DNA from: an uncultured Candidatus Saccharibacteria bacterium
Lineage (GTDB): Bacteria; Patescibacteriota; Minisyncoccia; Phycocordibacterales; PALSA-1337
Assembly: GCA_964412585.1 (NCBI GenBank)
Contig: CAYPPJ010000003.1
Span: 12,027-76,026, forward strand
Direction of reading: 5' to 3'
DNA: 64,000 nt
A program made the translations under genes and the position numbers. Below are positions 1 to 10,036 of this stretch, in pieces (position 1 is the first letter of the stretch; each line of letters opens with the position of its first letter). A model generated the notes under the pieces. It searched no databases. It had not been told where the DNA came from and saw nothing but the letters and a program-made list of their open reading frames with translations.

Positions 1-249
1 CAGTTTAGGGTGCGCCAAACCGGTACCGATGGGGCAAACTACTCATCAGCATGGTGGGGGACAGCTGATACGACAGCTTCGGCCTTATTTGCCGGTTTTC
101 CTGTAAGTAATCAGAACATTATTGACCGTAGTTCATCAGCGGTATCTACCACCACGGCGTATGTCCTGTATAACCTCAATGTTCCGACTACTCAGAAAAC
201 TGGGGCGTATTCAGGAGATGTTATTTATACTGTCACGACAAATATTTGA
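1..249 (+). CDS. 3' end of a WxL/pilin-like secreted protein (partial, runs off the window edge)
   Basis: Frame is open from base 1. Shares FRV, SSxWWG..D and C-terminal TGAYSxxxxYTxTxN motifs with the next ORF. Confidence 0.7.
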   Translation, partial: QFRVRQTGTDGANYSSAWWGTADTTASALFAGFPVSNQNIIDRSSSAVSTTTAYVLYNLNVPTTQKTGAYSGDVIYTVTTNI

Positions 250-363
250 TTCATTAAGTAGTTGGGATATGTGGATAAGTCATACAGTGGTGTCGTGATA
301 TAATATGGGTTATAGGAATCAAAACCTGCTTTTATTTTATTAATATATACTAAGTACACAATC

Positions 364-1071
364 ATGCGCACATTCTCGCGTGTCCAAAACAAGTCGAACG
401 ATCGCCTCAAGTCGTTTGCAGCCGCGCTTTTGGCAACGGTGATTCTGACCTACTCAGGCATGTATGGTCTCCAGGCAGCATCTTCTTCATCGTCACCTAC
501 ACTGACGGCGACAGTTGCAGCGGCTCTTACGTTCACCGTTTCGACTGACCAGTTTCCAACCATTAACCCAGGCACCATCGCTTATGCGACGACAACACTT
601 GCAGTTGCAACTAACGAAAGCAATGGATGGAATGTAACATTGCTTGGTACTAACAAGACAACGAGTAATAACAACCTCCAGCTCGCAGGTAACACCGCAT
701 CTATCCCAGATCAGACCGAGTGGATTCCGCCCGCAGGCAATGCAACGACTACCACTGGAAATGCTGTTGTACGTGGCTCTCTCACTAACTCAGGCAACGT
801 ATTGGCATTTCGTGTCATGACAGCATCGAGCAGTAACGGAGCAGCGTTCACATCGAGTTCATGGTGGGGCGCGACAGATGTTGACGGTGTTGCAAAGTGG
901 GCAGGTATCGCAAGTACGACAGGTGGACCACGATATATCGGTAACGCTGGCGCAGGTTCATACAGCGCTTCGACTCACTTGAATACAGTCCAATACTATC
1001 TCTTGGCATCAATCACACAGCCAACGGGTGCCTATAGTGCCCCATTGACATATACCGCCACCTCGAACTAA
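364..1071 (+). CDS. Secreted WxL-like / pilin-like beta-sandwich subunit
   Basis: Signal peptide, N-terminal strand TLTATVAAALTFTV and terminal strand PTGAYSAPLTYTATSN, resembling WxL and Csu/CS1-type pilin ends. Lies directly upstream of a DUF916-like gene. Confidence 0.65.
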   Translation: MRTFSRVQNKSNDRLKSFAAALLATVILTYSGMYGLQAASSSSSPTLTATVAAALTFTVSTDQFPTINPGTIAYATTTLAVATNESNGWNVTLLGTNKTTSNNNLQLAGNTASIPDQTEWIPPAGNATTTTGNAVVRGSLTNSGNVLAFRVMTASSSNGAAFTSSSWWGATDVDGVAKWAGIASTTGGPRYIGNAGAGSYSASTHLNTVQYYLLASITQPTGAYSAPLTYTATSN

Positions 1072-1081
1072 ACTGCACCAT

Positions 1082-2017
1082 ATGAAATCGTGCCGCTTTA
1101 TCCTTGGTGTAGGAATCACCGGAGTTCTATCTGTCCTATCTGTGGCTTTGTTGATGGCACCATCTACTGTATCAGCTGGCACTGGTCTTACGGTGCAGCC
1201 GATCAAGATCTCACAGACCATGAAGCCGGGCGATACCGTCTCTGGCAAGGTCCTTTTGACTAACGCGAGCCCAGAGGATGTTACCGTTGATTTGTCTATC
1301 CAAGATTTCGTTCCAAGCCCAGGGAGCGATTCTTTCAATTTCGTCGGACGTGCAGAGGGTGTTACCACTGTTCGTGATTGGATAAAATTCGATCTTCCCA
1401 AGGATTCGTTTACCTTCAAAGAAGGGGATATTCGCGAGATTCCATATACGATAACCGCACCGAAGGACGCAGAACCAGGTAGTCACTTTGGTGTGTTGTT
1501 TTTCAAGGCGGTTCGTACGGCAGATGCCAATGCATCATTCAAAGTCGGTACACAGGTTGGTGTTCTTGTTTTCGTGACTATTCCCGGAAAGTTCCAGCAA
1601 AAAGGAACAATCAAAGATTTTACCTCTCCTTCATTCCTCCAGACCGGCCCTGTCGTATTCAACATGCAGTTCGAAAACACGGGTACCGTCCACTTTGAGC
1701 CAAAGGGAACTATTGAAGTAACAAATATGTTCGGCAGTAAGGTTGGGTCAGTGCCGATCGAGGGGTATGCAGTACTACCGACTGGTATCAAAAAAATGTC
1801 GTTTACCTGGCATACGGTTGGGTTGCTTTTGGGTAAGTATCACGCTGTTGCCAATGTGTATAATACAGAGGGTGAAGTGATCAGTACGGCCTCTACAGAC
1901 TTCCTTGCTCTCCCAGTTTGGTATACTGTCATCTGTATCGTTATTCTGATTGTACTCTATGTTGTTATCAGATTCTTGAAGCGCCGCGTTAAATTTACCG
2001 TCAGTTTGAAAAAATAG
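1082..2017 (+). CDS. DUF916/DUF3324-like (WxL-interacting, PapD-like) membrane-anchored protein
   Basis: Signal peptide; motifs PGDTVSGKV.L.N, W.K, P.DAEPGSHFG and FENTG.VH..P.G; C-terminal TM helix followed by KRRVK. Confidence 0.75.
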   Translation: MKSCRFILGVGITGVLSVLSVALLMAPSTVSAGTGLTVQPIKISQTMKPGDTVSGKVLLTNASPEDVTVDLSIQDFVPSPGSDSFNFVGRAEGVTTVRDWIKFDLPKDSFTFKEGDIREIPYTITAPKDAEPGSHFGVLFFKAVRTADANASFKVGTQVGVLVFVTIPGKFQQKGTIKDFTSPSFLQTGPVVFNMQFENTGTVHFEPKGTIEVTNMFGSKVGSVPIEGYAVLPTGIKKMSFTWHTVGLLLGKYHAVANVYNTEGEVISTASTDFLALPVWYTVICIVILIVLYVVIRFLKRRVKFTVSLKK

Positions 2018-2029
2018 TTCCGATTATGA

Positions 2030-3544
2030 ATGAAAAAAATCGTCTTACTTATTCTTATAGGCATTATTCTCGCTCCTCAAGCTCTGGGCGCGGCTACTTC
2101 AAACTTTAATCTACGAATAACTGTGTGTAACGGGGGAGATTGTGGTGATGATACACCACCTTCAGTTCCGACAAACCTTGTAGTGACTGCGGTCACTACC
2201 TCCCAAGTCAATCTTTCGTGGGATGCATCGATCGATCCTGGATCGCCCGCGAGTGGTGTGCTGGGATATTCAATATACCGTAATGGGGGAGGGTCGCCAG
2301 TAGCTACTACATCAGGGACTTCATATTCTGACACGGGACTTAGTTCAGGAACTCTATATTCATACTCAGTCCTTGCGTATGACGTTGTCTTGAATGAGAG
2401 TGCACAAAGCTCGACTGTATCAACAACTACACTTTCCATACCATCAAATGAGCCCGTAGCATCAAATGGTTTGCCGGCGGGCTCTCTTGCCGCAGGGACA
2501 ACACAGACGACGATGTCGTTGGATACTGATATTGCGGCGACCTGTAAATATGGCACAACAGCGAATACGGCGTATTCGAGTCTCCCAAATACATTTTCTA
2601 CGACGGGCGGAATGTCACATTCAACAATAGTTACCGGACTTGCCAATGGTATAACCAAGACACTGTATGTGCGCTGTCAAAGCTCAACGAACGTGCCGAT
2701 GACTAGTGACTACATTATCTCGTTTTCCATCGCTTCACCCTCATCGAGTAGTGGCGGTGGTGGAGGGGGTGGAGGTGGCGGGGCAGGGGCACCGCCGGCC
2801 TTACCGCTTAATCCAGTGAATGTTATTGTGCGCGGTATCGCGTATCCAGGCAGTCGGGTGACTCTTCTTAAAGATGGTCAAACAGCGGCGAGCACTCAAT
2901 CTGGCCCTGACGCTCGATTTGAAATCCAGCTCTCGGGAGTAGGTGAGGGAACATTCACGTTCAGTGTGTGGGCGACGGATAAGAATGGCGTTCGTTCGAC
3001 GCTTTATCCATTTACCGTCACCCTGACTCCAGGGGCGACGACGGTCATCAGTGGCGTGTTCATACCACCGACCTTGAGTCTCGATTACGAAACAGTCAAA
3101 CGGGGCGAGCCACTTCGGGTTATTGGTCAATCGGCGCCAGAAGCGAAGGTTTCGGTTATTTTTCATTCGGATACGGAGATAGTTGAAGATGTGTCAGCTG
3201 ACGCTCAAGGATTGTGGACGTATGTACTTGATACGTTGCGATTGGACTATGGCGATCATACTACTCAAGCTCGATCTATAAAAAACAAGGATATAAGTAC
3301 GCTCTCAAAGACGATTTCGTTCAAGGTGGGTACGCAGAATATTGCTGCAAAAAAGCAGGCTACAACTCAGATAAAATCTGATCTCAATGGTGATGATCGT
3401 GTCGATTTGGCGGATTTTAGTATTATGCTGTTTTGGTACAAGCGTGAACTAACTGACAAATCACCCGTGGGGGTCGATTTAAACAATGATGGAAAAGTTG
3501 ATCTTGTCGATTTTAGTATCTTTGCCTATAACTGGACAGGATAA
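2030..3544 (+). CDS. Secreted FN3 / Ig-like protein with C-terminal dockerin
   Basis: Signal peptide; FN3 domain (DTPPSVPTNL...LSWDAS...YSIYRNG...YSDTGLSSGTLYSYSV); poly-Gly linker; duplicated Ca-loop DLNGDDRVDLADF / DLNNDGKVDLVDF. Confidence 0.85.
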   Translation: MKKIVLLILIGIILAPQALGAATSNFNLRITVCNGGDCGDDTPPSVPTNLVVTAVTTSQVNLSWDASIDPGSPASGVLGYSIYRNGGGSPVATTSGTSYSDTGLSSGTLYSYSVLAYDVVLNESAQSSTVSTTTLSIPSNEPVASNGLPAGSLAAGTTQTTMSLDTDIAATCKYGTTANTAYSSLPNTFSTTGGMSHSTIVTGLANGITKTLYVRCQSSTNVPMTSDYIISFSIASPSSSSGGGGGGGGGGAGAPPALPLNPVNVIVRGIAYPGSRVTLLKDGQTAASTQSGPDARFEIQLSGVGEGTFTFSVWATDKNGVRSTLYPFTVTLTPGATTVISGVFIPPTLSLDYETVKRGEPLRVIGQSAPEAKVSVIFHSDTEIVEDVSADAQGLWTYVLDTLRLDYGDHTTQARSIKNKDISTLSKTISFKVGTQNIAAKKQATTQIKSDLNGDDRVDLADFSIMLFWYKRELTDKSPVGVDLNNDGKVDLVDFSIFAYNWTG

Positions 3545-3545
3545 T

Positions 3546-4475
3546 ATGGCTATTCATACACTGACAACGAGGTTGGTTCTCTGTGCTCTAGGCATTGTTG
3601 CTTTTATGACAGTGTTGAGTCTTGCATCGCCCGCTGCACGTGCGGCAACTATTGCATTTGATCCGCAGGAGACGACCGTCGGTACGGCTCAGCCATTCCT
3701 TATTGGTATAACTATTGATTCGGATGTGGCGGTGAATACAATTCGCGCGGTAATCGACGTACCTGAATCCATGGACATCGTTGAGGCATCTGACGGAAAC
3801 TCAGTCATCAATTTTTGGGTAGAACGCCCGCATATCACCGATGCGCATCAGCTCGTATTTGCCGGCATTATTCCGGGCGGATTTGTGGGAAACAAAGGAA
3901 AACTGGTGACACTTACCGTGCGCGCAAAAAAACGCGGCTCGTTTGATTTTATTTTCAACCCTTCTTCAGGTATTTATGCAAATGACGGATTGGCGACTCG
4001 CCAAAGTGTTGTCTCTCGTCCATTGCGGTTGGATGTTGTTGCGGGTAAAGATAACATTATGAATATCATTCCAGATACGGTTGCTCCTGAGACGTTTACT
4101 CCGGTTCTCGTCGAAATCCCTGACGGTGGAAAGGGGAGCTGGGCAGTCTCATTTGTTGCGCAAGATAAGATTTCCGGTATTTCTTCGTACGAAGTTGCAG
4201 AATCATTTACCAAATTTGATCAGTCTAGTACACGTTCGTTGTCTCATTTGAAATGGCGTACTGCATCGAGCCCCTATATTCTTTCTGACCAGGAGTTATC
4301 CTCTCATATTTATGTTCGAGCGACTGATGGTAAAGGAAATACTCGAGTCGCATACGTGGCACCGCACTCAGTACCCTCATGGTATCGAACGCCTGGAGGT
4401 TATATACTTATAGCATTATGCCTATTTCTTGCTCTGTATGGTCTTAGCCGACGCCTACATTGGAAACGTGAATAA
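3546..4475 (+). CDS. Cohesin-like domain protein with C-terminal membrane anchor (short type)
   Basis: Start reassigned to ATG 3546, just after the upstream stop. Signal peptide; SVINFWVERP, FAGIIPGGF and YANDG motifs; C-terminal TM helix followed by RR. Confidence 0.75.
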   Translation: MAIHTLTTRLVLCALGIVAFMTVLSLASPAARAATIAFDPQETTVGTAQPFLIGITIDSDVAVNTIRAVIDVPESMDIVEASDGNSVINFWVERPHITDAHQLVFAGIIPGGFVGNKGKLVTLTVRAKKRGSFDFIFNPSSGIYANDGLATRQSVVSRPLRLDVVAGKDNIMNIIPDTVAPETFTPVLVEIPDGGKGSWAVSFVAQDKISGISSYEVAESFTKFDQSSTRSLSHLKWRTASSPYILSDQELSSHIYVRATDGKGNTRVAYVAPHSVPSWYRTPGGYILIALCLFLALYGLSRRLHWKRE

Positions 4476-5901
4476 GTTCAAACAGACGTTCAGTGTCGTC
4501 TGTCGCGGGATAGTGCTATCAGTTGTGGTCCTTGCATTGTTGTGGGGAGTTCGCGCCCCAGCGCACGCCGCTACAGTCTCTGCAGTTTCAGCCGGAGGAA
4601 CTTCTTCGTTTGCTGTTGGTCAGCTATTCTCGGTGACAGTTGCAGTCTCATCGTCTGGAGCAGAACCATTGAATGCTGTCTCGGGGTCTTTATCGTACCC
4701 GACAGACTTGCTCCAGATTGTTTCTGTCGACAAAACAAACAGCATTATCAATTTTTGGATCAGTGAACCGGCTTTTTCGAATCCTACTGGTCAAGCTACT
4801 TTTGAAGGGGGAGTATACAATCCTGGGTTTAGTGGGTCCCAAGGAAAAGTCGTCACCTATTTATTCAAAGCAAAAGCGGCTGGTGTCGCCGATCTGACTT
4901 TTGCCAGAGCTTCGATATTGGCAAATGACGGCCAAGGTACAAATATTCTTGAACGAACCATCCCGCTTCGTACGACCATTGGTACGGCAGCGCCGGAAAC
5001 TGTGCCTGAATCGACGATGCCGCCTGCAGGTATTCCGATCAGGTCAACAACGCATCCTGACCAGAATGCCTGGTATACGAATGGCAAGGTTATTGTGGCT
5101 TGGGATCTGCCGACCGGTGCAACTTCAGTACGTACAGGGGTTGATCACAATCGTCAATCGGTTCCAGTAACAGTAGCAGACCATCTTATTTCAGAGACAA
5201 CACTTACACTCGAAGATGGGACCTGGTATTTTCACCTTCAGACCAAGGATGCAACCGGGTGGGGTACAGTATCAAGTTTTAAAATAAATATCGATTCATC
5301 AGCAGTCAATCCGCCGACATTCGATAAGTTCCCATCAATATTGACGGAAGGCGATGTTCTCCTTGTATCCGGTTCGGCCCCGAAGAACGCCGTTGTCCGG
5401 ATGTTCCTCAAAAATAGTGACGGTGACATACTCAATCAATCTACCAAAGCTGGTGAAGACGGAAGGTTCCAGGCCGTCTGGAGTACGCAACTCGATAACG
5501 ACAGTTATACATTAAATGCAGAAGCGGTAAATAGCCGTGGCCTCAAGAGTTCACGCAGTTCTGACATCGTTATTACTGTTCGTCCGACTGCGCTCGAACG
5601 CGTAGCCAAGCCAGTCATCAGTTATGCAACGATAGTTGCGCTTGTGGCGGGTGTTATCGTTCTCTGTGTGCTGTGGGTCTGGTATCTGATCCAGCGCGCT
5701 CGACATTTCCGCGGAAAAGTCCGTGCTGATATCAAGCGCACCAATCAACTTGTCCATGTTCAATTCAAGAAGCTGCTTGACCAAGCTCGCAGCAAGCGCG
5801 AGCTCACTGCTGAAGAAGAGCGCATGATGGCGATCGTTCGAGAAGGCATCCAGGAAGTAGAGGAAGAAGTGGAAGAGGAAGTGAGAGATATTGGACAGTA
5901 A
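4468..5901 (+). CDS. Cohesin-like + Ig-like membrane protein with acidic cytoplasmic tail (long type)
   Basis: Likely GTG start at 4468 overlapping the upstream stop. Motifs LNAVSGSLSYPTDLL, SIINFWISEP, ILANDGQGT, THPDQNAWY and DGTWYFHL; TM helix; helical acidic tail. Confidence 0.78.
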   Translation: MNKFKQTFSVVCRGIVLSVVVLALLWGVRAPAHAATVSAVSAGGTSSFAVGQLFSVTVAVSSSGAEPLNAVSGSLSYPTDLLQIVSVDKTNSIINFWISEPAFSNPTGQATFEGGVYNPGFSGSQGKVVTYLFKAKAAGVADLTFARASILANDGQGTNILERTIPLRTTIGTAAPETVPESTMPPAGIPIRSTTHPDQNAWYTNGKVIVAWDLPTGATSVRTGVDHNRQSVPVTVADHLISETTLTLEDGTWYFHLQTKDATGWGTVSSFKINIDSSAVNPPTFDKFPSILTEGDVLLVSGSAPKNAVVRMFLKNSDGDILNQSTKAGEDGRFQAVWSTQLDNDSYTLNAEAVNSRGLKSSRSSDIVITVRPTALERVAKPVISYATIVALVAGVIVLCVLWVWYLIQRARHFRGKVRADIKRTNQLVHVQFKKLLDQARSKRELTAEEERMMAIVREGIQEVEEEVEEEVRDIGQ

Positions 5902-5954
5902 TACTTGCTTGTTGAGTGCTATTTCTTCAACACAGATATCAGATGTATTTCAAG

Positions 5955-5983
5955 TAGACAAAGCACGCCCGCTTCACTAGAAT
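5955..5983 (+). promoter_or_regulatory. sigma70-type promoter for leaderless pyrG
   Basis: TAGACA-N17-TAGAAT-N6-ATG. Confidence 0.65.
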
Positions 5984-5989
5984 GAGCGT

Positions 5990-7828
5990 ATGAAGCGGAA
6001 GCCTGGGAAGAATGCCATTGCTCACAAATATATCTTCGTTATCGGAGGCGTGATGTCCGGCGTCGGAAAGGGTATCGCTACGTCATCTATTGGAACTCTA
6101 CTCGCGGCAAAAGGGTTTAAGGTCAACCTCGTGAAGGTTGACCCATATTTGAATGTGGATGCGGGTACTATGAACCCGATCGAACACGGTGAGGTTTTCG
6201 TGTTGAATAATGGCCTGGAGACTGATCAGGACATGGGTAACTACGAACGTTTTCTCAATCGAGATCTCACGGCTGATGACTACATCACGAGTGGTATGGT
6301 CTACAAGCATGTTATCGAAAAAGAGCGGGCACTCGGCTATGGTGGCAAGTGTGTCGAGGCGGTCCCACACATTCGCGATGAGATCGTCAGACGCTACGAG
6401 CATTCGGCACGAGTAAATAAGTCAGATGTTTCAATTATTGAAATTGGCGGTACTGTCGGCGACTATCAGAATATCATGTTCATCGAGGCGGCTCGTGCGC
6501 TCAAGATTCGTCATCCACAAGACGTGGCATTCTTGATGGTGTCGTATTTGCCGACTCCAGGGACACTTGGAGAGATGAAAACTCGTCCGACACAAAACGC
6601 CGTCAATCAGCTGGCATCCTATGGAGTGACCACAGATATTGTCATTGCCCGAGCCTCAACGCCGCTCGATGATCGTCGCAAAGAAAAGATTGCCGTGGCA
6701 TGTAACATTTTGCCAAAGCGCGTTATTTCAGCGCCTGACATTAAGAGTATTTATGATGTACCGGTCAATTTTGAACATGACAAGCTCGCCGAGATATTGC
6801 TCGAGGTTCTCCATGTAGATCAGAAGGTGCTCAAAGGACTTTCAGCTCATCCCGTTTTGTCTATGGCCGACTGGAAGAAGATGGCGCGTGGCATTAAGAA
6901 TCATGAGGGAAAGACGTTGAACATAGCTATTGTAGGAAAATATTTTAATACCGGAGATTTCGTACTTACCGACGCCTATCTATCAGTTCTTGAGGCGGTG
7001 AAGTTTTCTGGGTATGCGGTCGGGATGAAGGCGATCATACACACGATCAATTCAAGGGATTTTGAGATTGAAAAGGGGTCAAAGAAAAAGAATGCGGTAT
7101 TTCCATATGAAAAGCTTGAAGAAATGGACGGAATCATTGTTCCTGGAGGATTTGGTGAATCCGGTATCGAAGGCAAGCTCAACGTCATCCGCTATGCCCG
7201 TGAAAAGGGGATTCCGTATTTTGGCTTGTGCTACGGCATGCAGCTCATGACCATCGAGTATGCACGAAATGTTCTTGGACTCGCAGGTGCGCACACGGCT
7301 GAGATTGATCCAAAGTCACCGCATCTTATCATCGACATTATGCCTGATCAGAAAAAGAAGATTGCCGAAGGGAACTATGGTGGCAGTATGCGTCTCGGCA
7401 CATACCCAGCAAAATTGCTCAAAGGTTCGATTGCGCAAGAAGCGTATTCATATTTCTGTAACAAGAAGCTCGACAAGCCGACGACCAGTATCAAGGAGCG
7501 TCACCGTCACCGTTATGAGGTCAATCCAAAGTACATTGATCGTATTGAAAAAGCGGGGTTGGTATTCTCTGGCAAGTCGCCTGATGGTACGTTGATGGAG
7601 ATTGCAGAACTGCCGCGCGAGGTTCATCCATTCTTCCTGGGCACACAGTTTCATCCAGAGCTTCTCGCGCGACCATTGATGCCACATCCACTCTTCACGC
7701 AGTTTATGAAGGCGGCCAAAACGCGCAATAAACAGGTTGATCGTACAGCTATTACAGAAGTAGTGACGCCTGTTGAAGGTGATTTGATCAGAGATATCGA
7801 GGCTGAAGTAGGAGATATGGGGGAGTAA
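5990..7828 (+). CDS. pyrG: CTP synthase
   Basis: KYIFVIGGVMSGVGKG, DPYLNVDAGTMNP.EHGEV, GLCYGMQ, ERHRHRYE and QFHPE motifs. Confidence 0.98.
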   Translation: MKRKPGKNAIAHKYIFVIGGVMSGVGKGIATSSIGTLLAAKGFKVNLVKVDPYLNVDAGTMNPIEHGEVFVLNNGLETDQDMGNYERFLNRDLTADDYITSGMVYKHVIEKERALGYGGKCVEAVPHIRDEIVRRYEHSARVNKSDVSIIEIGGTVGDYQNIMFIEAARALKIRHPQDVAFLMVSYLPTPGTLGEMKTRPTQNAVNQLASYGVTTDIVIARASTPLDDRRKEKIAVACNILPKRVISAPDIKSIYDVPVNFEHDKLAEILLEVLHVDQKVLKGLSAHPVLSMADWKKMARGIKNHEGKTLNIAIVGKYFNTGDFVLTDAYLSVLEAVKFSGYAVGMKAIIHTINSRDFEIEKGSKKKNAVFPYEKLEEMDGIIVPGGFGESGIEGKLNVIRYAREKGIPYFGLCYGMQLMTIEYARNVLGLAGAHTAEIDPKSPHLIIDIMPDQKKKIAEGNYGGSMRLGTYPAKLLKGSIAQEAYSYFCNKKLDKPTTSIKERHRHRYEVNPKYIDRIEKAGLVFSGKSPDGTLMEIAELPREVHPFFLGTQFHPELLARPLMPHPLFTQFMKAAKTRNKQVDRTAITEVVTPVEGDLIRDIEAEVGDMGE

Positions 7829-7843
7829 AGGCATGTTGTTCGT

Positions 7844-8446
7844 ATGAAGAAAAAATTAACAATAAATAATCTCGAGCGATTTACTGATTTATTGAATAGA
7901 TTCAGAAAAGTTAATCGTGTATTACGGGCCAATGGATTAACGCGCGACGAAAATGATGTCGAGCATAGCTATATGTTGGCGATGCTAGGCTGGTATATTG
8001 CCTCAATTGAAAGGCCAGAGCTCGATCTTCATAAAGTATTGATGTATGCATTGGCACACGATCTCGTCGAAGTCTATGCCGGTGACACATTCTTTTATCA
8101 TAAAAATAAAAGAGTACATGAATCGAAACAGAAGAGGGAATACAAAGCTTTGCAGAAAATCACCAAAGAATTTTCTGAGTTTAAAGAACTTCATCGATAT
8201 ATTCGACAGTACGAAGCTCGCAAAGATGCAGAGTCAAAATTTATGTATGCGCTCGATAAGATTCATCCGGTCATTCTTATCTATCTTGATAAGGGACATA
8301 CATGGAAAAGAGAAAAGATTACCCTTGCGATGGCTCGTGAGATGAAAGACCACAAGATTAAGGTCGATCCTCTCATAGACGAATATTGGAAAGAGTTGGT
8401 CCCAAAACTAAAAAGAAAGGAGAAAAAGCTTTTTTATAAAAAATAA
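7844..8446 (+). CDS. HD-domain phosphohydrolase (YfbR/HDDC2-like)
   Basis: ENDVEHSY, ALAHDLVEVYAGD and YALDK motifs. Confidence 0.88.
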   Translation: MKKKLTINNLERFTDLLNRFRKVNRVLRANGLTRDENDVEHSYMLAMLGWYIASIERPELDLHKVLMYALAHDLVEVYAGDTFFYHKNKRVHESKQKREYKALQKITKEFSEFKELHRYIRQYEARKDAESKFMYALDKIHPVILIYLDKGHTWKREKITLAMAREMKDHKIKVDPLIDEYWKELVPKLKRKEKKLFYKK

Positions 8447-8447
8447 T

Positions 8448-9035
8448 ATGCCAAAAACTGCCAACCAAGAACACGAAGTCAAAGTTCTCAACATCAACGT
8501 TGCGGACATAACAAAAAAGCTTAAGAAAATAGGGGCTAAAAAAGTCGGTGACTTCTTTTATCGCTCGTGTTCATTCGACTATGAAGGATTTCCACTTGAT
8601 AAAAAGATGTCATGGATACGTTTGCGAGATGAAGGTGATCGTATTCGTTTGGCATACAAGAGGCGCCTCGGGGTGACATCAAGTGCCGGTAATGATGCCG
8701 GCATGGAAGAAATCGAGTTTGAGGTAGAAGATTATGACAAGACTCGGCAGTTTCTGCATAAGATTGGGCTTATCCTCAAGTTTGCCCAAGAAAAGAAGCG
8801 TACGCGCTGGGTTAAAGGGGACATTGAATTTGACATTGATACCTGTCCGCAGCTGCCAACCTATTTGGAAATAGAAGGGAAGACTGACGCTGCACTCAAA
8901 CGTGGTATGAAACTGTTGGGGATCAAACCTGAGGATTGTAAGCGCTTCTCGACGACGCAGATCTATGAGATGCATGGTATTCGTGACAAGGATTATATTT
9001 CCATGACCTTTGACGAGTTTGTAAAGCGGAAATAA
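8448..9035 (+). CDS. CYTH-domain protein (class IV adenylate cyclase / triphosphate tunnel family)
   Basis: N-terminal EHEVK, then WIRLR, EEIE, EKKR and YLEIE. Confidence 0.88.
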   Translation: MPKTANQEHEVKVLNINVADITKKLKKIGAKKVGDFFYRSCSFDYEGFPLDKKMSWIRLRDEGDRIRLAYKRRLGVTSSAGNDAGMEEIEFEVEDYDKTRQFLHKIGLILKFAQEKKRTRWVKGDIEFDIDTCPQLPTYLEIEGKTDAALKRGMKLLGIKPEDCKRFSTTQIYEMHGIRDKDYISMTFDEFVKRK

Positions 9036-9049
9036 GGTAAAATAGTCTC

Positions 9050-9928
9050 ATGACTATTGGTATTGGAATAGGATTGGCTTTTGTCGCCATGCTCTGCTGG
9101 GGCTTCGGCGATTTTCTGATCCAAAAATCAACGCGTAAGTTGGGTGATTGGGAGACACTGTTTCTGATCACTGCGTTTGGCGCGATTGTATTGTTGCCCT
9201 TTGTCTGGCACTCATTGCCTGATTTGTTTGCCAGCACTGGCCCTGGTCTATATGTGTTGATTGGCGCGGCGCTTATCCTGTTGCTCGCCGCACTCCTCGA
9301 ATTTGAAGCGCTCCGTCGAGGTAAACTATCCGTTGTTGAACCTATTTGGTCTTTTGAAATTCCGGCCGCTGCACTCCTGGCCTATTTTCTCTTGAATGAA
9401 CATATTACTGCGTTTCAAATAGTTCTTGCCATCATATTGATCATCTGTTTGGCCATGGTCTCGTTTCGAGGAAAAAAGTTTTCCGCACGATTTTTCCTTG
9501 AGCGTGGCGTGATCATTTCATTTATCTCAGCACTGGTGATGGGTTGCGCCAATTTCTTCATGGGGTGGGGAGGTCGTGTGACTGATCCACTCATGGTGAA
9601 CTTCTTCACCGATGCGGTTCTCATGATTATCTGCGGACTCTATTTGGCCTATAATGGTCGTCTCGGGAGGGCATTTTCTGACCTTCGTCATGGTTATGGA
9701 ACAATTCTTCCTATGTCTATTGCTGACAAGGTCGCCTGGCTGGCCTACGTGGCCTCTATGGCCCTCATACCTATCGCAGTGGCCACGGCACTCTCAGAAA
9801 GCTATATCATCATTGCGGTGCTTCTTGGCCTGTTCGTGAACAAGGAGAAGCTTCAGCGTCATCAGAAAATAGGGCTAGTTGGAGCCATTATTGCGGCCAT
9901 CATTCTCGCTTCTACGACATCAGTATAG
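9050..9928 (+). CDS. DMT/EamA family transporter
   Basis: About 10 TM helices in two repeats; AMLCWGFGDF, LSVVEPI and LLNE / VNKEKL motifs. Confidence 0.88.
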   Translation: MTIGIGIGLAFVAMLCWGFGDFLIQKSTRKLGDWETLFLITAFGAIVLLPFVWHSLPDLFASTGPGLYVLIGAALILLLAALLEFEALRRGKLSVVEPIWSFEIPAAALLAYFLLNEHITAFQIVLAIILIICLAMVSFRGKKFSARFFLERGVIISFISALVMGCANFFMGWGGRVTDPLMVNFFTDAVLMIICGLYLAYNGRLGRAFSDLRHGYGTILPMSIADKVAWLAYVASMALIPIAVATALSESYIIIAVLLGLFVNKEKLQRHQKIGLVGAIIAAIILASTTSV

Positions 9929-9932
9929 CCAC

Positions 9933-9961
9933 TTGTCAAGAGTAGGGTTTTCGTGTAGTAT
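9933..9961 (+). promoter_or_regulatory. sigma70-type promoter
   Basis: TTGTCA-N17-TAGTAT, followed 9 nt later by GCTCTTTGGCAG. Confidence 0.55.
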
Positions 9962-10036
9962 GGGTGGCTGGCTCTTTGGCAGTTAACTTTAGTCAATTTC
10001 GGTCAACCAATCGGAGGGAAAATTAAAACGATTCAT

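Noticed and set aside
2030-5901. A true carbohydrate-degrading cellulosome
   Set aside because: No glycoside hydrolase or recognisable catalytic domain is present on either dockerin protein, and the cohesins are single rather than tandem scaffoldins.
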